Of a stretch of DNA of 64,000 bases, positions 16,333 through 26,229 are shown piece by piece. Source of the stretch: a virus; IMG/VR virus record IMGVR_UViG_3300032334_001019, positions 54,465 through 118,464 of that record; one strand, given 5' to 3'. The number at the start of each line of letters is the position of its first letter. The first letter of the stretch is position 1. The position numbers and the translations under genes are program-made. The notes under the pieces are model-generated. The model had not been told where the DNA came from. It searched no databases and was given only the letters and a program-made list of their open reading frames with translations.

Positions 16333-17093
16333 TCCACTTCCTGATCATATGTAACCGAATACTCCCCACCATATACTTCTGCATATGACATGATATCTCT
16401 ATTATACCTTAAAACCGTATTGATACCAACTTTGTCAGCCATAAACTTCATACCCTTGGTCATAGGTAGGAATTCTACTGATCGTGTCTCTAAACCCTCA
16501 TTGAGGGCTTCTAAATACCGTTTCTTTCCAAACCTCTTAGATGTTATAGACTGGTTTGGATATATCTCTCTTAGTGCATCATCTTTGTTTATTTCTTCTT
16601 CCCCGCTATTTATAATATAATCAACTGCCAAATGAGGCATACGTACTGCCCAATTTCGCATGTTATCGCTGTAAGAATTCATATTGCGTAGTGTTGAATC
16701 AGCGTATGCCATGCGTTCTAGGTCATATGGGGTCAATAGAACCTCTGTTGCGAACGAAATTAAAAACGCCGTGGCGAAAGGGAACTTGTCGGTATAGGTT
16801 GTCACGCCGAACTCTACATTGGGATTAAAAGATCTATGCGACATAAAATCTCCTATTAGGCGCATGTGGTTTCCTATCGAAACATAATTAGGATGATTCA
16901 TATCGCAATCAACGAACAAGCAGTCATCTATTGTCACATCTTCGGAAAGACATAAAACATTTTTATCGTATGTGCCGACGACTTTAGAACCGTTATATCG
17001 ATTTAGTAACTCGGCGCAAAGTAGTCCATCCATATCTGGCGAGATGATAAGATTTGTTGAATGCTCTAGTGTCTTAAGAATTGCCGACTTCAC
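16323..17093 (-). CDS. DHH-fold-like phosphoesterase (degenerate)
   Basis: SPDMDGLLCA (DxDG motif I), FVDCD (motif II), GNH in place of DHH. Confidence 0.4.
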   Translation of the reverse strand: MKSAILKTLEHSTNLIISPDMDGLLCAELLNRYNGSKVVGTYDKNVLCLSEDVTIDDCLFVDCDMNHPNYVSIGNHMRLIGDFMSHRSFNPNVEFGVTTYTDKFPFATAFLISFATEVLLTPYDLERMAYADSTLRNMNSYSDNMRNWAVRMPHLAVDYIINSGEEEINKDDALREIYPNQSITSKRFGKKRYLEALNEGLETRSVEFLPMTKGMKFMADKVGINTVLRYNRDIMSYAEVYGGEYSVTYDQEVDWK

Positions 17094-17779
17094 TGCTGCG
17101 CCTTAAAATATTCATACAGTTCAATATCAAGTTGATTGATATCTTCAATTTGATTCTTATATTTATCATATAACTCTTGGCTAATTTTTTGCGAGGAATT
17201 TACATGGGTTTCAATATCATCTGGTATATTCATATCAAGTATAGAGAATACCTTGGTATATAATTCTGTGTCAGAATATTGAAGCACTTGAATGTTGTTA
17301 TTTGATAAATGTTCGATAACATCTTGTGCGTTAGTCTTATAGTCAACAAGGTTCCACCCCTTAAGAATCATCTCTCTCTGGTTATGAACATATCTGTTAT
17401 ACTTTTCAAGATTAAGAAATCCTGAGAAAAACTTAGAATGTTGATTTGACAGGTTTTTTCTAGTAATCTCATTATTTAAGAAAAGTGTAAAAGCATGGTC
17501 TATTGGCATGTGTGAATAAAAAACAGAAGCCATACCTTTTATATAACTAAATGTTCTTTCAACTGGATCTCTCATAATAGTAAATGTTTTATCAGCAAAT
17601 TTTACTGGTGTATTAGAATAATGACCAGCGATGTAGTCAGCCTGTTCTAAACTATCAAGTGATATTGGATATTTATGTCCTGCTACTATATTTGAGTCTG
17701 GCTTTTGTTCCCGCAAATTTTGAACTATAAAAGTTCCAGATGTGCGTGGAACATGCATATAGTAAACACACTGTTTCAT
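17090..17779 (-). CDS. sulfotransferase family 2-like protein
   Basis: YMHVPRTSGT, YIAGHY, MRDPVERTFS and INQLDIELYE. Confidence 0.7.
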   Translation of the reverse strand: MKQCVYYMHVPRTSGTFIVQNLREQKPDSNIVAGHKYPISLDSLEQADYIAGHYSNTPVKFADKTFTIMRDPVERTFSYIKGMASVFYSHMPIDHAFTLFLNNEITRKNLSNQHSKFFSGFLNLEKYNRYVHNQREMILKGWNLVDYKTNAQDVIEHLSNNNIQVLQYSDTELYTKVFSILDMNIPDDIETHVNSSQKISQELYDKYKNQIEDINQLDIELYEYFKAQQ

Positions 17780-17812
17780 TTTTTAAAAAACTCCCCTTAT
17801 AATAATCTAGTT

Positions 17813-18064
17813 ATGAATATCCAAGACTGGGCTTCCCTAATCGTAGCAATACTTACAATTGTATCATCAATAGCCTTTGCGATAAAGTGGTTGGTAAAAC
17901 ATTATCTCAGTGAACTTAAAACCAATGGTGGATCAAGTGTCAAGGATCAAATCAACAGGCTAGAAGTGCGAGCCAATGAAGCAGATGTAAAAATAAAAGA
18001 TATGGATCGTAAATTAGATCACATGTATGATATTCTAATTGAGTATATCTCTAAATCTAAATAA
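17813..18064 (+). CDS. single-TM coiled-coil membrane protein (possibly holin-like)
   Basis: Start corrected to MNIQDWASL; one TM helix, NGGSS motif, coiled coil. Confidence 0.5.
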   Translation: MNIQDWASLIVAILTIVSSIAFAIKWLVKHYLSELKTNGGSSVKDQINRLEVRANEADVKIKDMDRKLDHMYDILIEYISKSK

Positions 18065-18329
18065 TTACTATATATATAATATATAAATATATAAACCACT
18101 AAAAGATAGTTCTTTTTTCTTATATATATTTAAGTATACACCATCTCTTTTCTGATGACTTATTACATAATAGACAAAACGGACATAATAGACAATAACA
18201 ATTTGATAACTTTAAATTTCAATGTCCAAATTATACTGATATGATATACTTTAATCTGACTAGTACTCTGGTTTGTCTTTCATACCCACCAGCCTGAGTA
18301 CTAGTCTTTTTTCATGGTATAATCTCAAT

Positions 18330-18710
18330 ATGAATCTTTGTGGTCCTGAAGTATTTGGAGCAGATCCTGCTCGTATCAAATGGCAAATCGTTAGAGGAGA
18401 TACCTCACCTCTTAGAGTTGAATTTTTACAGGATGATGAAATAACATATTTTGATACATCTGATTGGACATATGAGGCTACTTCTTATGATCCTCAGTCT
18501 GATGTTCTTGATTCCCTGGAAGTTACTGCTTCAAATGGTTATGTTGATATTATGGCTCCAGCATCTATTACCCAGTATTGGGGTACTGGATATAAGTCAG
18601 TTGTAACAGAATTAACTTTTGACCTCCAAGTAACTATTGATAATGATACTATTTGGACACCACTGATTGGAACTATCTCTGTACTTGGAGATATTACAGG
18701 TAGTCTATAA
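18330..18710 (+). CDS. BppU-N-like (RGDT) virion protein
   Basis: Leaderless start after TGGTATAAT; WQIVRGDT...FDLQVT...GTISVLGDIT. Confidence 0.55.
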   Translation: MNLCGPEVFGADPARIKWQIVRGDTSPLRVEFLQDDEITYFDTSDWTYEATSYDPQSDVLDSLEVTASNGYVDIMAPASITQYWGTGYKSVVTELTFDLQVTIDNDTIWTPLIGTISVLGDITGSL

Positions 18711-18796
18711 TGGCAGTAGTAAAAGTTACAACTCCAAGACCTGATTTGCCATCAGTAATTAGAATTAAAAATAAAACCTTTAAGGTAGGTAAATAA
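18710..18796 (+). CDS. 28-aa basic peptide
   Basis: MAVVKVTTPRPDLPSVIRIKNKTFKVGK; abuts the genes on both sides. Confidence 0.5.
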   Translation: MAVVKVTTPRPDLPSVIRIKNKTFKVGK

Positions 18797-19072
18797 ATGA
18801 CAACACATGCACTAACACAACTGAGTAACACAACTGCTACTCGTTTAACTCCAAATGGAGTACACTCTGGTATGGATGTAACTTTACAAAATGTAAATGC
18901 AGAAGCATATATCTATATTGGTGGAGAAGATGTAAATTCAGAAAATTATGGATATAGAATTTCTCCTAACAATGCTTGGTCTGTAGAACTACCTGGCCAA
19001 GATGCACTATATGCAATTTCAGATACTAATGGTGCATATATTGCAATCTTACAGATGGGGCTTGAAAACTAA
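18797..19072 (+). CDS. small beta-rich virion protein
   Basis: TLQN..IYIGG..V...YG.....LYAI pattern. Confidence 0.55.
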   Translation: MTTHALTQLSNTTATRLTPNGVHSGMDVTLQNVNAEAYIYIGGEDVNSENYGYRISPNNAWSVELPGQDALYAISDTNGAYIAILQMGLEN

Positions 19073-20592
19073 TGTCACGATTTACACAACCAGGTGGTGG
19101 AAGCGGATCTGGTACTCCAGGACCACAAGGACCACAAGGTCCACAGGGAGAACCTGGAGATGCTGGTGCACAAGGTGCTGCTGGAGATCCATTTGGTATT
19201 TACTATTTAGGAAATTACAATTCAGAGTCTGGATATCTTCCAAACATTGCAGTAGTTAGAGGATCAGATGGACAACTATATCTTGCAAAAGCAAGTGGAC
19301 AACTTGGTGATCCAGTTTATTATGAAGTTAATGGACAATGGGAAGTATGGATTCCTAAAGGTGCAGATGGGGCAAATGGAGCATCTTCATATTTTCTTGG
19401 TACATGGAATAGTGTAGATGAATTTCTTGCAGTATATCAAGGTGGTCCAATAGGATTAGCAGTAGGAGATTGGTGGGCTTTTGTAAAGGATAATGAAAAC
19501 CCAAATAAAATTTATGTAGTTCGTGAAAACCCTGCTTCTTTAACTGGATGGGTAATTGATGATAACGAACATTTTGTCTTGCCTCAAGGACCAGCAGGTG
19601 AAAATGGAGCAAGCCCCTTTACTCTTGTAGGTGCATACGATAATGGTGTTTCATATAACTTAGGAATTGCTGTTTATTATAATGGCGGAACATATGTAAG
19701 AACTGGTAATCCACTTAATCCTGGATACCCTCCAACAGTAGGCTCTGTAAATGCATCATGGACACCTCTTGCAGAAAAGGGGTATGATGGAAGCCAACTT
19801 AATTATTGGGATGGAACTGGCACACCTTTAAATCCAGCAGAAGATGGTTTCTTAATTATTGACGGTGTTGTTACTGGATTAGGACGGGGGCTATTAGTAT
19901 CTGCTTCAGATAAAATTACAATAAATGCAAACAACGGTGAATTTTTAAATGATTCAAATGTTTCATCAAATCAGATTGCAACTATTGGAGATTTGCCAAA
20001 CCTTTCATCATACGAAGGAGATATTCTTCCATCACAAGACAACCAATATGTTTTAGGTAATTCAGAAAATAGATGGAAGTCTATATCTATTGGTGAAGGA
20101 ACTATTTATATTACTGACGCTACCCTGGGAACAGAAGTAGGGTTAACTATTGATGATGGTATTTTCTTTATTGACGGAATTGCACAAGCACAATTGCCTG
20201 ATGTTAAAATTACAAACTTAACTTTTGCCGATAACCACACTCAAACACACTCCTCAGATATTCTTCTCATCAGTCACCAAGATGGTAATCAGACACCATT
20301 TGAGACTGTTGATCTAACAAAACAAATTTTGGTAATGAGTGACGGAACATGGACACTGCCAGATGGTGCAGAAGGACAGATCATGTATTTTGTTCAAGGA
20401 AACGGCGGGAGTGCTGAAGATTCATATCTTAATGTTGCACACTTAAAATACAATAATAATGGACTAGCAACACAAATGAATAATGGTGTATGGTCTCCAT
20501 TTAATTATGAATCTGGACATGCACAAAGCCCAATGTGCACAGCAATATTTACTGATGGATATTGGTCATTTAGTAATGGAAGAAAACGATAG
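19072..20592 (+). CDS. collagen-like repeat fibre protein
   Basis: GPQGPQGPQGEPG repeats followed by fibre-type modules. Confidence 0.7.
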   Translation: MSRFTQPGGGSGSGTPGPQGPQGPQGEPGDAGAQGAAGDPFGIYYLGNYNSESGYLPNIAVVRGSDGQLYLAKASGQLGDPVYYEVNGQWEVWIPKGADGANGASSYFLGTWNSVDEFLAVYQGGPIGLAVGDWWAFVKDNENPNKIYVVRENPASLTGWVIDDNEHFVLPQGPAGENGASPFTLVGAYDNGVSYNLGIAVYYNGGTYVRTGNPLNPGYPPTVGSVNASWTPLAEKGYDGSQLNYWDGTGTPLNPAEDGFLIIDGVVTGLGRGLLVSASDKITINANNGEFLNDSNVSSNQIATIGDLPNLSSYEGDILPSQDNQYVLGNSENRWKSISIGEGTIYITDATLGTEVGLTIDDGIFFIDGIAQAQLPDVKITNLTFADNHTQTHSSDILLISHQDGNQTPFETVDLTKQILVMSDGTWTLPDGAEGQIMYFVQGNGGSAEDSYLNVAHLKYNNNGLATQMNNGVWSPFNYESGHAQSPMCTAIFTDGYWSFSNGRKR

Positions 20593-20647
20593 AATTAACT
20601 GGTCTGGCGGAAACTGGTAATTTAAAATACAATGAGATAATGTCGTT

Positions 20648-21376
20648 ATGGCTACTTCTAAATCTATGGATTTCCCTGGTGCAAAAAAATCTAGTTATGC
20701 TGCACAAGTAGAGCAAAGCCAAGCATCTACATATCAAGAAAACACTCTTTCATTCCTTCCAGTGCCAGGCCCAGTAGGACCACAGGGGCCTGCAGGTAGA
20801 GACGGCAAAGATGGAAAGCAAGGACCTGAAGGTCCAGAAGGAAAACAGGGTCCTAAAGGTTTACAGGGTCCAGCAGGAAAAGATGGCCTAAGTTCTCTAT
20901 CATCTTCAGGACAGCAAGCAGGATGGGCTTCATATCATAATAAGTCTCAAAAAGCATTTAAACTTGGAATTTCAGAAGGAGATGATGGGTGGGCAACAGT
21001 ATTCATTATTTCTGATGATTCATCAAATGAAAAATTTTTACCTAAAGGCTGCACATCCTTATGGAATGATAATTCAAGATCTTTTAACTTTAAAGGTTTG
21101 GAAATCGGTGCACAAGTATTCATTACATATAGTTTTGAGTTGACTACATATAGTAGTAATACTGAAACATGGATTAGGACATATTCACCTAATAGTGACT
21201 TAGATGTTGCTCAATTTATAGGTTCTATGAAATATCAGCATACATACCCAATAACAGTTACTCAGCAAATATTCATAGAAAACCAAAAAATCTGGGGTAA
21301 CGGGGCAATTCCTCAAATTAGAACAGATTATGATGCATCAGTAATTCTTAAATCTGTATATGTCAGCGTGGTATAA
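20648..21376 (+). CDS. collagen triple-helix protein
   Basis: Continuous Gly-X-Y run ([13 protein letters not shown]...) followed by a beta domain. Confidence 0.7.
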   Translation: MATSKSMDFPGAKKSSYAAQVEQSQASTYQENTLSFLPVPGPVGPQGPAGRDGKDGKQGPEGPEGKQGPKGLQGPAGKDGLSSLSSSGQQAGWASYHNKSQKAFKLGISEGDDGWATVFIISDDSSNEKFLPKGCTSLWNDNSRSFNFKGLEIGAQVFITYSFELTTYSSNTETWIRTYSPNSDLDVAQFIGSMKYQHTYPITVTQQIFIENQKIWGNGAIPQIRTDYDASVILKSVYVSVV

Positions 21377-21383
21377 TAAAAGC

Positions 21384-21770
21384 ATGGCATTTCCAGGAGA
21401 ATTAAATATCAATTATTATAAGGGTGATACTTATGAGTTTAATGTATTCCCAAGAAAAACAGACGGAACCAGTTTTGACCTTACTGGATTTATAAATGCA
21501 ACATTTAAGATTGCTACAACTCGTGGCTCAGCAGGTGTAACAGCAGGACAAATTACTGGTTCTGCAAAAATATCAGATGATAAAAAACATATTGCTTGTG
21601 CTATTACACCAGCAAATGGTGATTTAATGAATGCTGGCACAACATATGTTTATGATATACAGGCATATTTGCCAACACCAGGTTCTTATAATAAAGTAAT
21701 TACTTTTATAACTGGATCTATTTCAGTTACAGATGATGTAACGCAAGGGTATGGAGATGCATCGGCGTGA
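21384..21770 (+). CDS. BppU-N-like (KGDT) virion protein
   Basis: Leaderless start MAFPGE; YYKGDTY...YVYDIQ...GSISVTDDVT. Confidence 0.55.
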   Translation: MAFPGELNINYYKGDTYEFNVFPRKTDGTSFDLTGFINATFKIATTRGSAGVTAGQITGSAKISDDKKHIACAITPANGDLMNAGTTYVYDIQAYLPTPGSYNKVITFITGSISVTDDVTQGYGDASA

Positions 21771-22363
21771 CAGATGTATTTGTATCCAGTGATTCATTAA
21801 CAGTTATTGGCGGAACAGCGTCAGTAGATGTCAATGTAGATTACGGTCCACAAGGAGACAGAGGAAGTTCTTTTTTTGTTGGTTATGGAAATCCAAATTC
21901 AATTACACACACATCTTCATTACAAGTTTTAGACATATACATAAATGTTCAATCAACAGATGATGATTATTTGGTTATGTATCAATATCAACTTTCAGAT
22001 GGAATTTTATCTTGGATTTCTATTGGTAAACTACTTACAGATCAATTTAGTTCAAATCGTCAGTTAAGATTTGTAAATGGAGTTACAGAAAATTCAGTAG
22101 ATTTTAATGTTGCAAATATTGTTCCAATGTCCATTTTGTCTAGTCTTACAAAAAATAACTTTAATGTTCAGTGTACATTTGTATCTGATAACCCAGTAGC
22201 AGCATCTACAGTAGTTGGTGATATTTATATAGATTCTTTAACTGGTAATACATATCTTCCAGTAGATATAAATGCTGCTGAATACTCAGAAGGGAATTGG
22301 GTTCCGCTGCACACTGGATCATCTCCATTGTCTAACGTACATTTTTTTGTTACGGTGGTATAA
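21767..22363 (+). CDS. putative virion structural protein
   Basis: GPQGDRGS...GNP..DIYIN module. Confidence 0.55.
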   Translation: MTDVFVSSDSLTVIGGTASVDVNVDYGPQGDRGSSFFVGYGNPNSITHTSSLQVLDIYINVQSTDDDYLVMYQYQLSDGILSWISIGKLLTDQFSSNRQLRFVNGVTENSVDFNVANIVPMSILSSLTKNNFNVQCTFVSDNPVAASTVVGDIYIDSLTGNTYLPVDINAAEYSEGNWVPLHTGSSPLSNVHFFVTVV

Positions 22364-22381
22364 TCCTAATGGTGATATATT

Positions 22382-22834
22382 ATGGCTTCTGAATACATTG
22401 ATGATACTGAAACTGGCACTGGGATATACCCAACAAAAATACCAGGGTACGAAGATGCTGCAGATATTCAAGAAGCATTAAAAATATATCACTATGGAAC
22501 AACAACGATTCCACAAACAACAGGGGCAGTAGATTCAAAATCTGTTGCAGGACATTTATTATCATTAAGACAAGATCTTAATACAGAGATTGCAAGAGGA
22601 ATTGGGTCTCAGATATCTAACTCAGCACCAGTATCTCCTGAAGATGGTTTTATTTGGGTAGATGCAGATACAGATGTTCCAGGTGTTGCAACATATTCAA
22701 CTGCTGTGTATACAAATATTGCACCAACTACTGGATTAACAAATGGGATAATCTGGGTAGAAAAAGGTTCTAGTCCATTAAAAATGTATGTATATAACAG
22801 CGATACATCTGCATGGGATGAGATTGGTGCATAA
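22382..22834 (+). CDS. putative fibre adaptor protein
   Basis: Two AP....G.IWVD/E repeats. Confidence 0.55.
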   Translation: MASEYIDDTETGTGIYPTKIPGYEDAADIQEALKIYHYGTTTIPQTTGAVDSKSVAGHLLSLRQDLNTEIARGIGSQISNSAPVSPEDGFIWVDADTDVPGVATYSTAVYTNIAPTTGLTNGIIWVEKGSSPLKMYVYNSDTSAWDEIGA

Positions 22835-24957
22835 TGACAACATTTAGCAGCACTCCAAAACCAGCATATATTTATGATGAGGCATCTGATACTTGGTATC
22901 TTGTTAGTGGAATAGTAAATACTGCATATCCATATACATGGACAGCGCCCAACACATTTGATGCTGTATTAACAGCAAAGGCTGGTGTTAATAATTTTGC
23001 AACATTAGCAGATAGAGATACTGCACTTGGACTAACACCAAGTAGTGGAGTTGTTTGTTTTGTTAGAGCAGATAATAGTTTAAACTCAATTAATCAATTA
23101 CAGTATTTTGATGGCTCAAAATGGAAAACAATTCATGATGCAACATTTGTTGATAAGTCATCAAACTATGTTATACAAAAGCATGATGTTAATAAAACAA
23201 TTAAAGTTGGATCACCATCTGATTCGTCAAGCGGTACAATAACTATAACTATTCCAAATAACTCAACTCAATCATTTGAAATTGGAAATAAAATTAATGT
23301 TGTTAGATATACTCCAAAACAAGTTTCTATTGTTCAAGGTTCTGGTGTAACAGTTTTTAGTAAATATAGTTCATTAGATATTGTTCCACAATTTGGAATG
23401 GTTGTACTTACAAAAATTGATACTAATTCTTGGTTGGTTACTGGAGATTTAGTTGGATCTATTCCATCAACACCAACTCCAACTCCAACTGCTACTCCTA
23501 CCCCTACACCTACTCCTACAACTCCACCACCAATTACAGATCCACCAATTACTCCAACACCTACCCCAACACCACCAATTACAGATCCACCAGTAACCCC
23601 AACACCTACTCCAACAGTAACCCCAACGCCTACTCCAACAGTAACTCCAACGCCTACGCCGACACCTACTCCTACACCTACGCCAGATAATAAATATTAT
23701 TATACATATTGCTATGGTGGTCAGACTTATAATGGAAATTCAAGCGTTCTTAATTGTGCAGAAATTGAAGCCAACCTTGGAGAAGGATCAACCAGTTTTG
23801 CTTGTCAACAAGGATCTGCACCAACACCTGCAGTTTGTAGCGTAACACCAACGCCTACTCCAACAGCAACACCAATTCCAACTTGGTATTTCTGCTGTAG
23901 TAATGGCGCAGGTGGATCTGTATCTGCAGCAAATGCTGGAATAGCAGCAGGATTAGCAAGTACATGGTGTGCTAATGAAGAACCTGGAAATACTTTATCT
24001 GGTGGAGTTTATTCAACACCACAAAGTTGTAATTCTATAACTCCTACACCAACACCGACTTCTACACCAACACCTACACCTTTAGATTGTTCTGACGCTG
24101 GATTCTTAAATCAAGCAGATTGTTTAGCATGTGGATATACCTATACAGGTGGAACTTGTTATGATACACCAAACCCTAGTGCAACACCTAATCCAACACC
24201 TACACCAACACCTACTCCTTTAAATTGTTCTGATGCTTCATTCTTAAACCAAGCAGACTGTTTGGCATGTGGTTACACTTACACAGGTGGAACTTGTTAT
24301 GATACACCAAATTTCACTCCTACACCAACACCAACTGCAAGCCCTAGCCCTACCCCTTCTCCAACTCCTTCACCAAGCCCTAGCCCTACTCCAACACCAA
24401 CTCCTACACCTACTCAAAACTGTACACCAATTTATCAAGGTATTGAAAATAGACAGTGCAATGGAAACTCAACACCAGTTGCAATTTATTTAAATCCATG
24501 TACTGGAGTTTATACTTGGAATTGCCCACCAGTAACTCCTACCCCTACACCTACACAACCACCAGTAACACCAACACCTACACCTACACAACCACCAGTT
24601 ACCCCTACACCTACACCAACACAGCCACCAGCAACACCAACACCAACACCAAGTTGTAGTCCAAATCAAGGTAATTCTTGTTTAGGTCCTGATGGATGTG
24701 CTGGAACAATTGGATGTAATGGAATTTGTTCATGTAATCCATCTCCATTTAGCGTCTTTAGTTTCTCACCATTTAGCGTATTTGGTTTCTCACCATTTAG
24801 CGCAGCCTTCTCAGTCTTTGGTTTCTCACCATTTGGCGCAGCCTTCTCAGTCTTTGGTTTCTCACCATTTAGTGCTGCATTTGGCGTATTTGGTTTCTCA
24901 CCATTTAGCGCAACATTCTCAGTCTTTGGATTTGCACCATTTACTGCACCAGACTAA
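22834..24957 (+). CDS. mucin-like Pro/Thr-rich, Cys-rich surface protein with C-terminal FSPF repeat tail
   Basis: Phage-type N-terminal domains ending WLVTGDL, (PT)n linkers, a duplicated Cys module and a Phe-rich tail. Confidence 0.7.
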   Translation: MTTFSSTPKPAYIYDEASDTWYLVSGIVNTAYPYTWTAPNTFDAVLTAKAGVNNFATLADRDTALGLTPSSGVVCFVRADNSLNSINQLQYFDGSKWKTIHDATFVDKSSNYVIQKHDVNKTIKVGSPSDSSSGTITITIPNNSTQSFEIGNKINVVRYTPKQVSIVQGSGVTVFSKYSSLDIVPQFGMVVLTKIDTNSWLVTGDLVGSIPSTPTPTPTATPTPTPTPTTPPPITDPPITPTPTPTPPITDPPVTPTPTPTVTPTPTPTVTPTPTPTPTPTPTPDNKYYYTYCYGGQTYNGNSSVLNCAEIEANLGEGSTSFACQQGSAPTPAVCSVTPTPTPTATPIPTWYFCCSNGAGGSVSAANAGIAAGLASTWCANEEPGNTLSGGVYSTPQSCNSITPTPTPTSTPTPTPLDCSDAGFLNQADCLACGYTYTGGTCYDTPNPSATPNPTPTPTPTPLNCSDASFLNQADCLACGYTYTGGTCYDTPNFTPTPTPTASPSPTPSPTPSPSPSPTPTPTPTPTQNCTPIYQGIENRQCNGNSTPVAIYLNPCTGVYTWNCPPVTPTPTPTQPPVTPTPTPTQPPVTPTPTPTQPPATPTPTPSCSPNQGNSCLGPDGCAGTIGCNGICSCNPSPFSVFSFSPFSVFGFSPFSAAFSVFGFSPFGAAFSVFGFSPFSAAFGVFGFSPFSATFSVFGFAPFTAPD
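24739..24951 (+). repeat. FSPF repeat tail (8- and 12-aa units)
   Basis: Units FSVFGFSP and FSAAFSVFGFSP; about one residue in three is Phe. Confidence 0.85.
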
Positions 24958-24978
24958 TCATTATGATATACTTTTAAG

Positions 24979-26187
24979 ATGTCAGAAATTGATAAAAAAG
25001 AAGAAGATCTTAGACAAGTTAGACCATGGGATTTTTTTAATCCAAATACTGAATATGCAACAAAAGAAGTTCAGTCTGCAAGATTTGATATTTGTAAATC
25101 TTGTCCAGAATTAATTAAACTAACATCGCAATGTAAAAAATGTGGTTGTGTCATGAGATTAAAAACTAAGTTAGCACTTGCAACATGTCCTATAGGTAAA
25201 TGGGGTACTGCAGAAAAATTAACTCCAGAATTAATACAAGAAGACTCAGTATCTAGAATATTTATTAATATACCTTCATATAAAGATCCAGAAATTTGGC
25301 TAACAGTAGAAAACTTTATTAAAAATGCTAAATATCCAGAAAGAGTTTTTTTTGGCATTACATTACAATCTAATAATATTTATCAAGATAGAATTCAGTC
25401 ATTTGAATATAATAATGTTAGTCTAGATGCTATTGAACCTGGATCAATTGTAGGCTGTCAGCCAGCCAGAAAAAATTCTCATAAATTTTATAGAAATGAA
25501 GAATATTATTTAAATATGGATTCACACATGAGGTCTATAAAAAACTGGGATGTAGAAATAATTAGAGAATACGAATTTAATAAAGAACATTATGGTGTAT
25601 CAATATTTACTGCCTATGCCCCACCTTATGATTTATTGCCAGATGGAACAGATGATATTAATCCAGATATAAGTTCAAACCCTACATTTTTTATGTCTGA
25701 ATCAAACATATCTAATTTTTATAAAAATTTAGTTCCACAGTTTACATCTCAATATACCAATCCTGGACACAATGTATTATCTCCATATATTTCTGGACAT
25801 TTTTTCTTTACAGAAAAACAAGTAATTGAAAGGGTTCCATTTATGTCTGAGATAACATTTACAGAAGAGGAACCCTTAATGGCTTTAAGATTTTTTACTG
25901 CTGGATTTAATCTTGTAACACCTAGTAAGGTTTTTGTATATCATAGATATGGAAGAGGTGGAAGAAGCCTATTTTGGGAAGATTTTCCAGAAAAGTTTTT
26001 CCCAGAAGATGAAAAATCTAGAAACTATTTTAGAGAATTAGTTACAACAAATAAAATAGACCCAGTAAGTGGTCTTTTTACAGAAAGATCACTAGAAGAT
26101 TATGAGAAGTATTCTGGTATAAGTTTTTCAACAGCAACCCTTCATGAGGGAGTAAAGTCTGGACTTCCTTCTGGTTCTTTCAAATAA
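24979..26187 (+). CDS. DUF6171-like domain fused to a GT60-like (Skp1-hydroxyproline type) GlcNAc transferase
   Basis: IFINIPSYKDPE, NAKYPERVFFGI, EEYYLNMDSHMR..KNWD, SGHFFF, EEPLMALRFFTAG. Confidence 0.7.
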   Translation: MSEIDKKEEDLRQVRPWDFFNPNTEYATKEVQSARFDICKSCPELIKLTSQCKKCGCVMRLKTKLALATCPIGKWGTAEKLTPELIQEDSVSRIFINIPSYKDPEIWLTVENFIKNAKYPERVFFGITLQSNNIYQDRIQSFEYNNVSLDAIEPGSIVGCQPARKNSHKFYRNEEYYLNMDSHMRSIKNWDVEIIREYEFNKEHYGVSIFTAYAPPYDLLPDGTDDINPDISSNPTFFMSESNISNFYKNLVPQFTSQYTNPGHNVLSPYISGHFFFTEKQVIERVPFMSEITFTEEEPLMALRFFTAGFNLVTPSKVFVYHRYGRGGRSLFWEDFPEKFFPEDEKSRNYFRELVTTNKIDPVSGLFTERSLEDYEKYSGISFSTATLHEGVKSGLPSGSFK

Positions 26188-26220
26188 AAAAGGGCCAGGT
26201 ATATAACCTGACCCAATTTT
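26188..26220. terminator. probable bidirectional terminator
   Basis: GGGCCAGGT/ACCTGACCC hairpin flanked by A and T runs, between convergent genes. Confidence 0.6.
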
Positions 26221-26229
26221 ATATAATTT

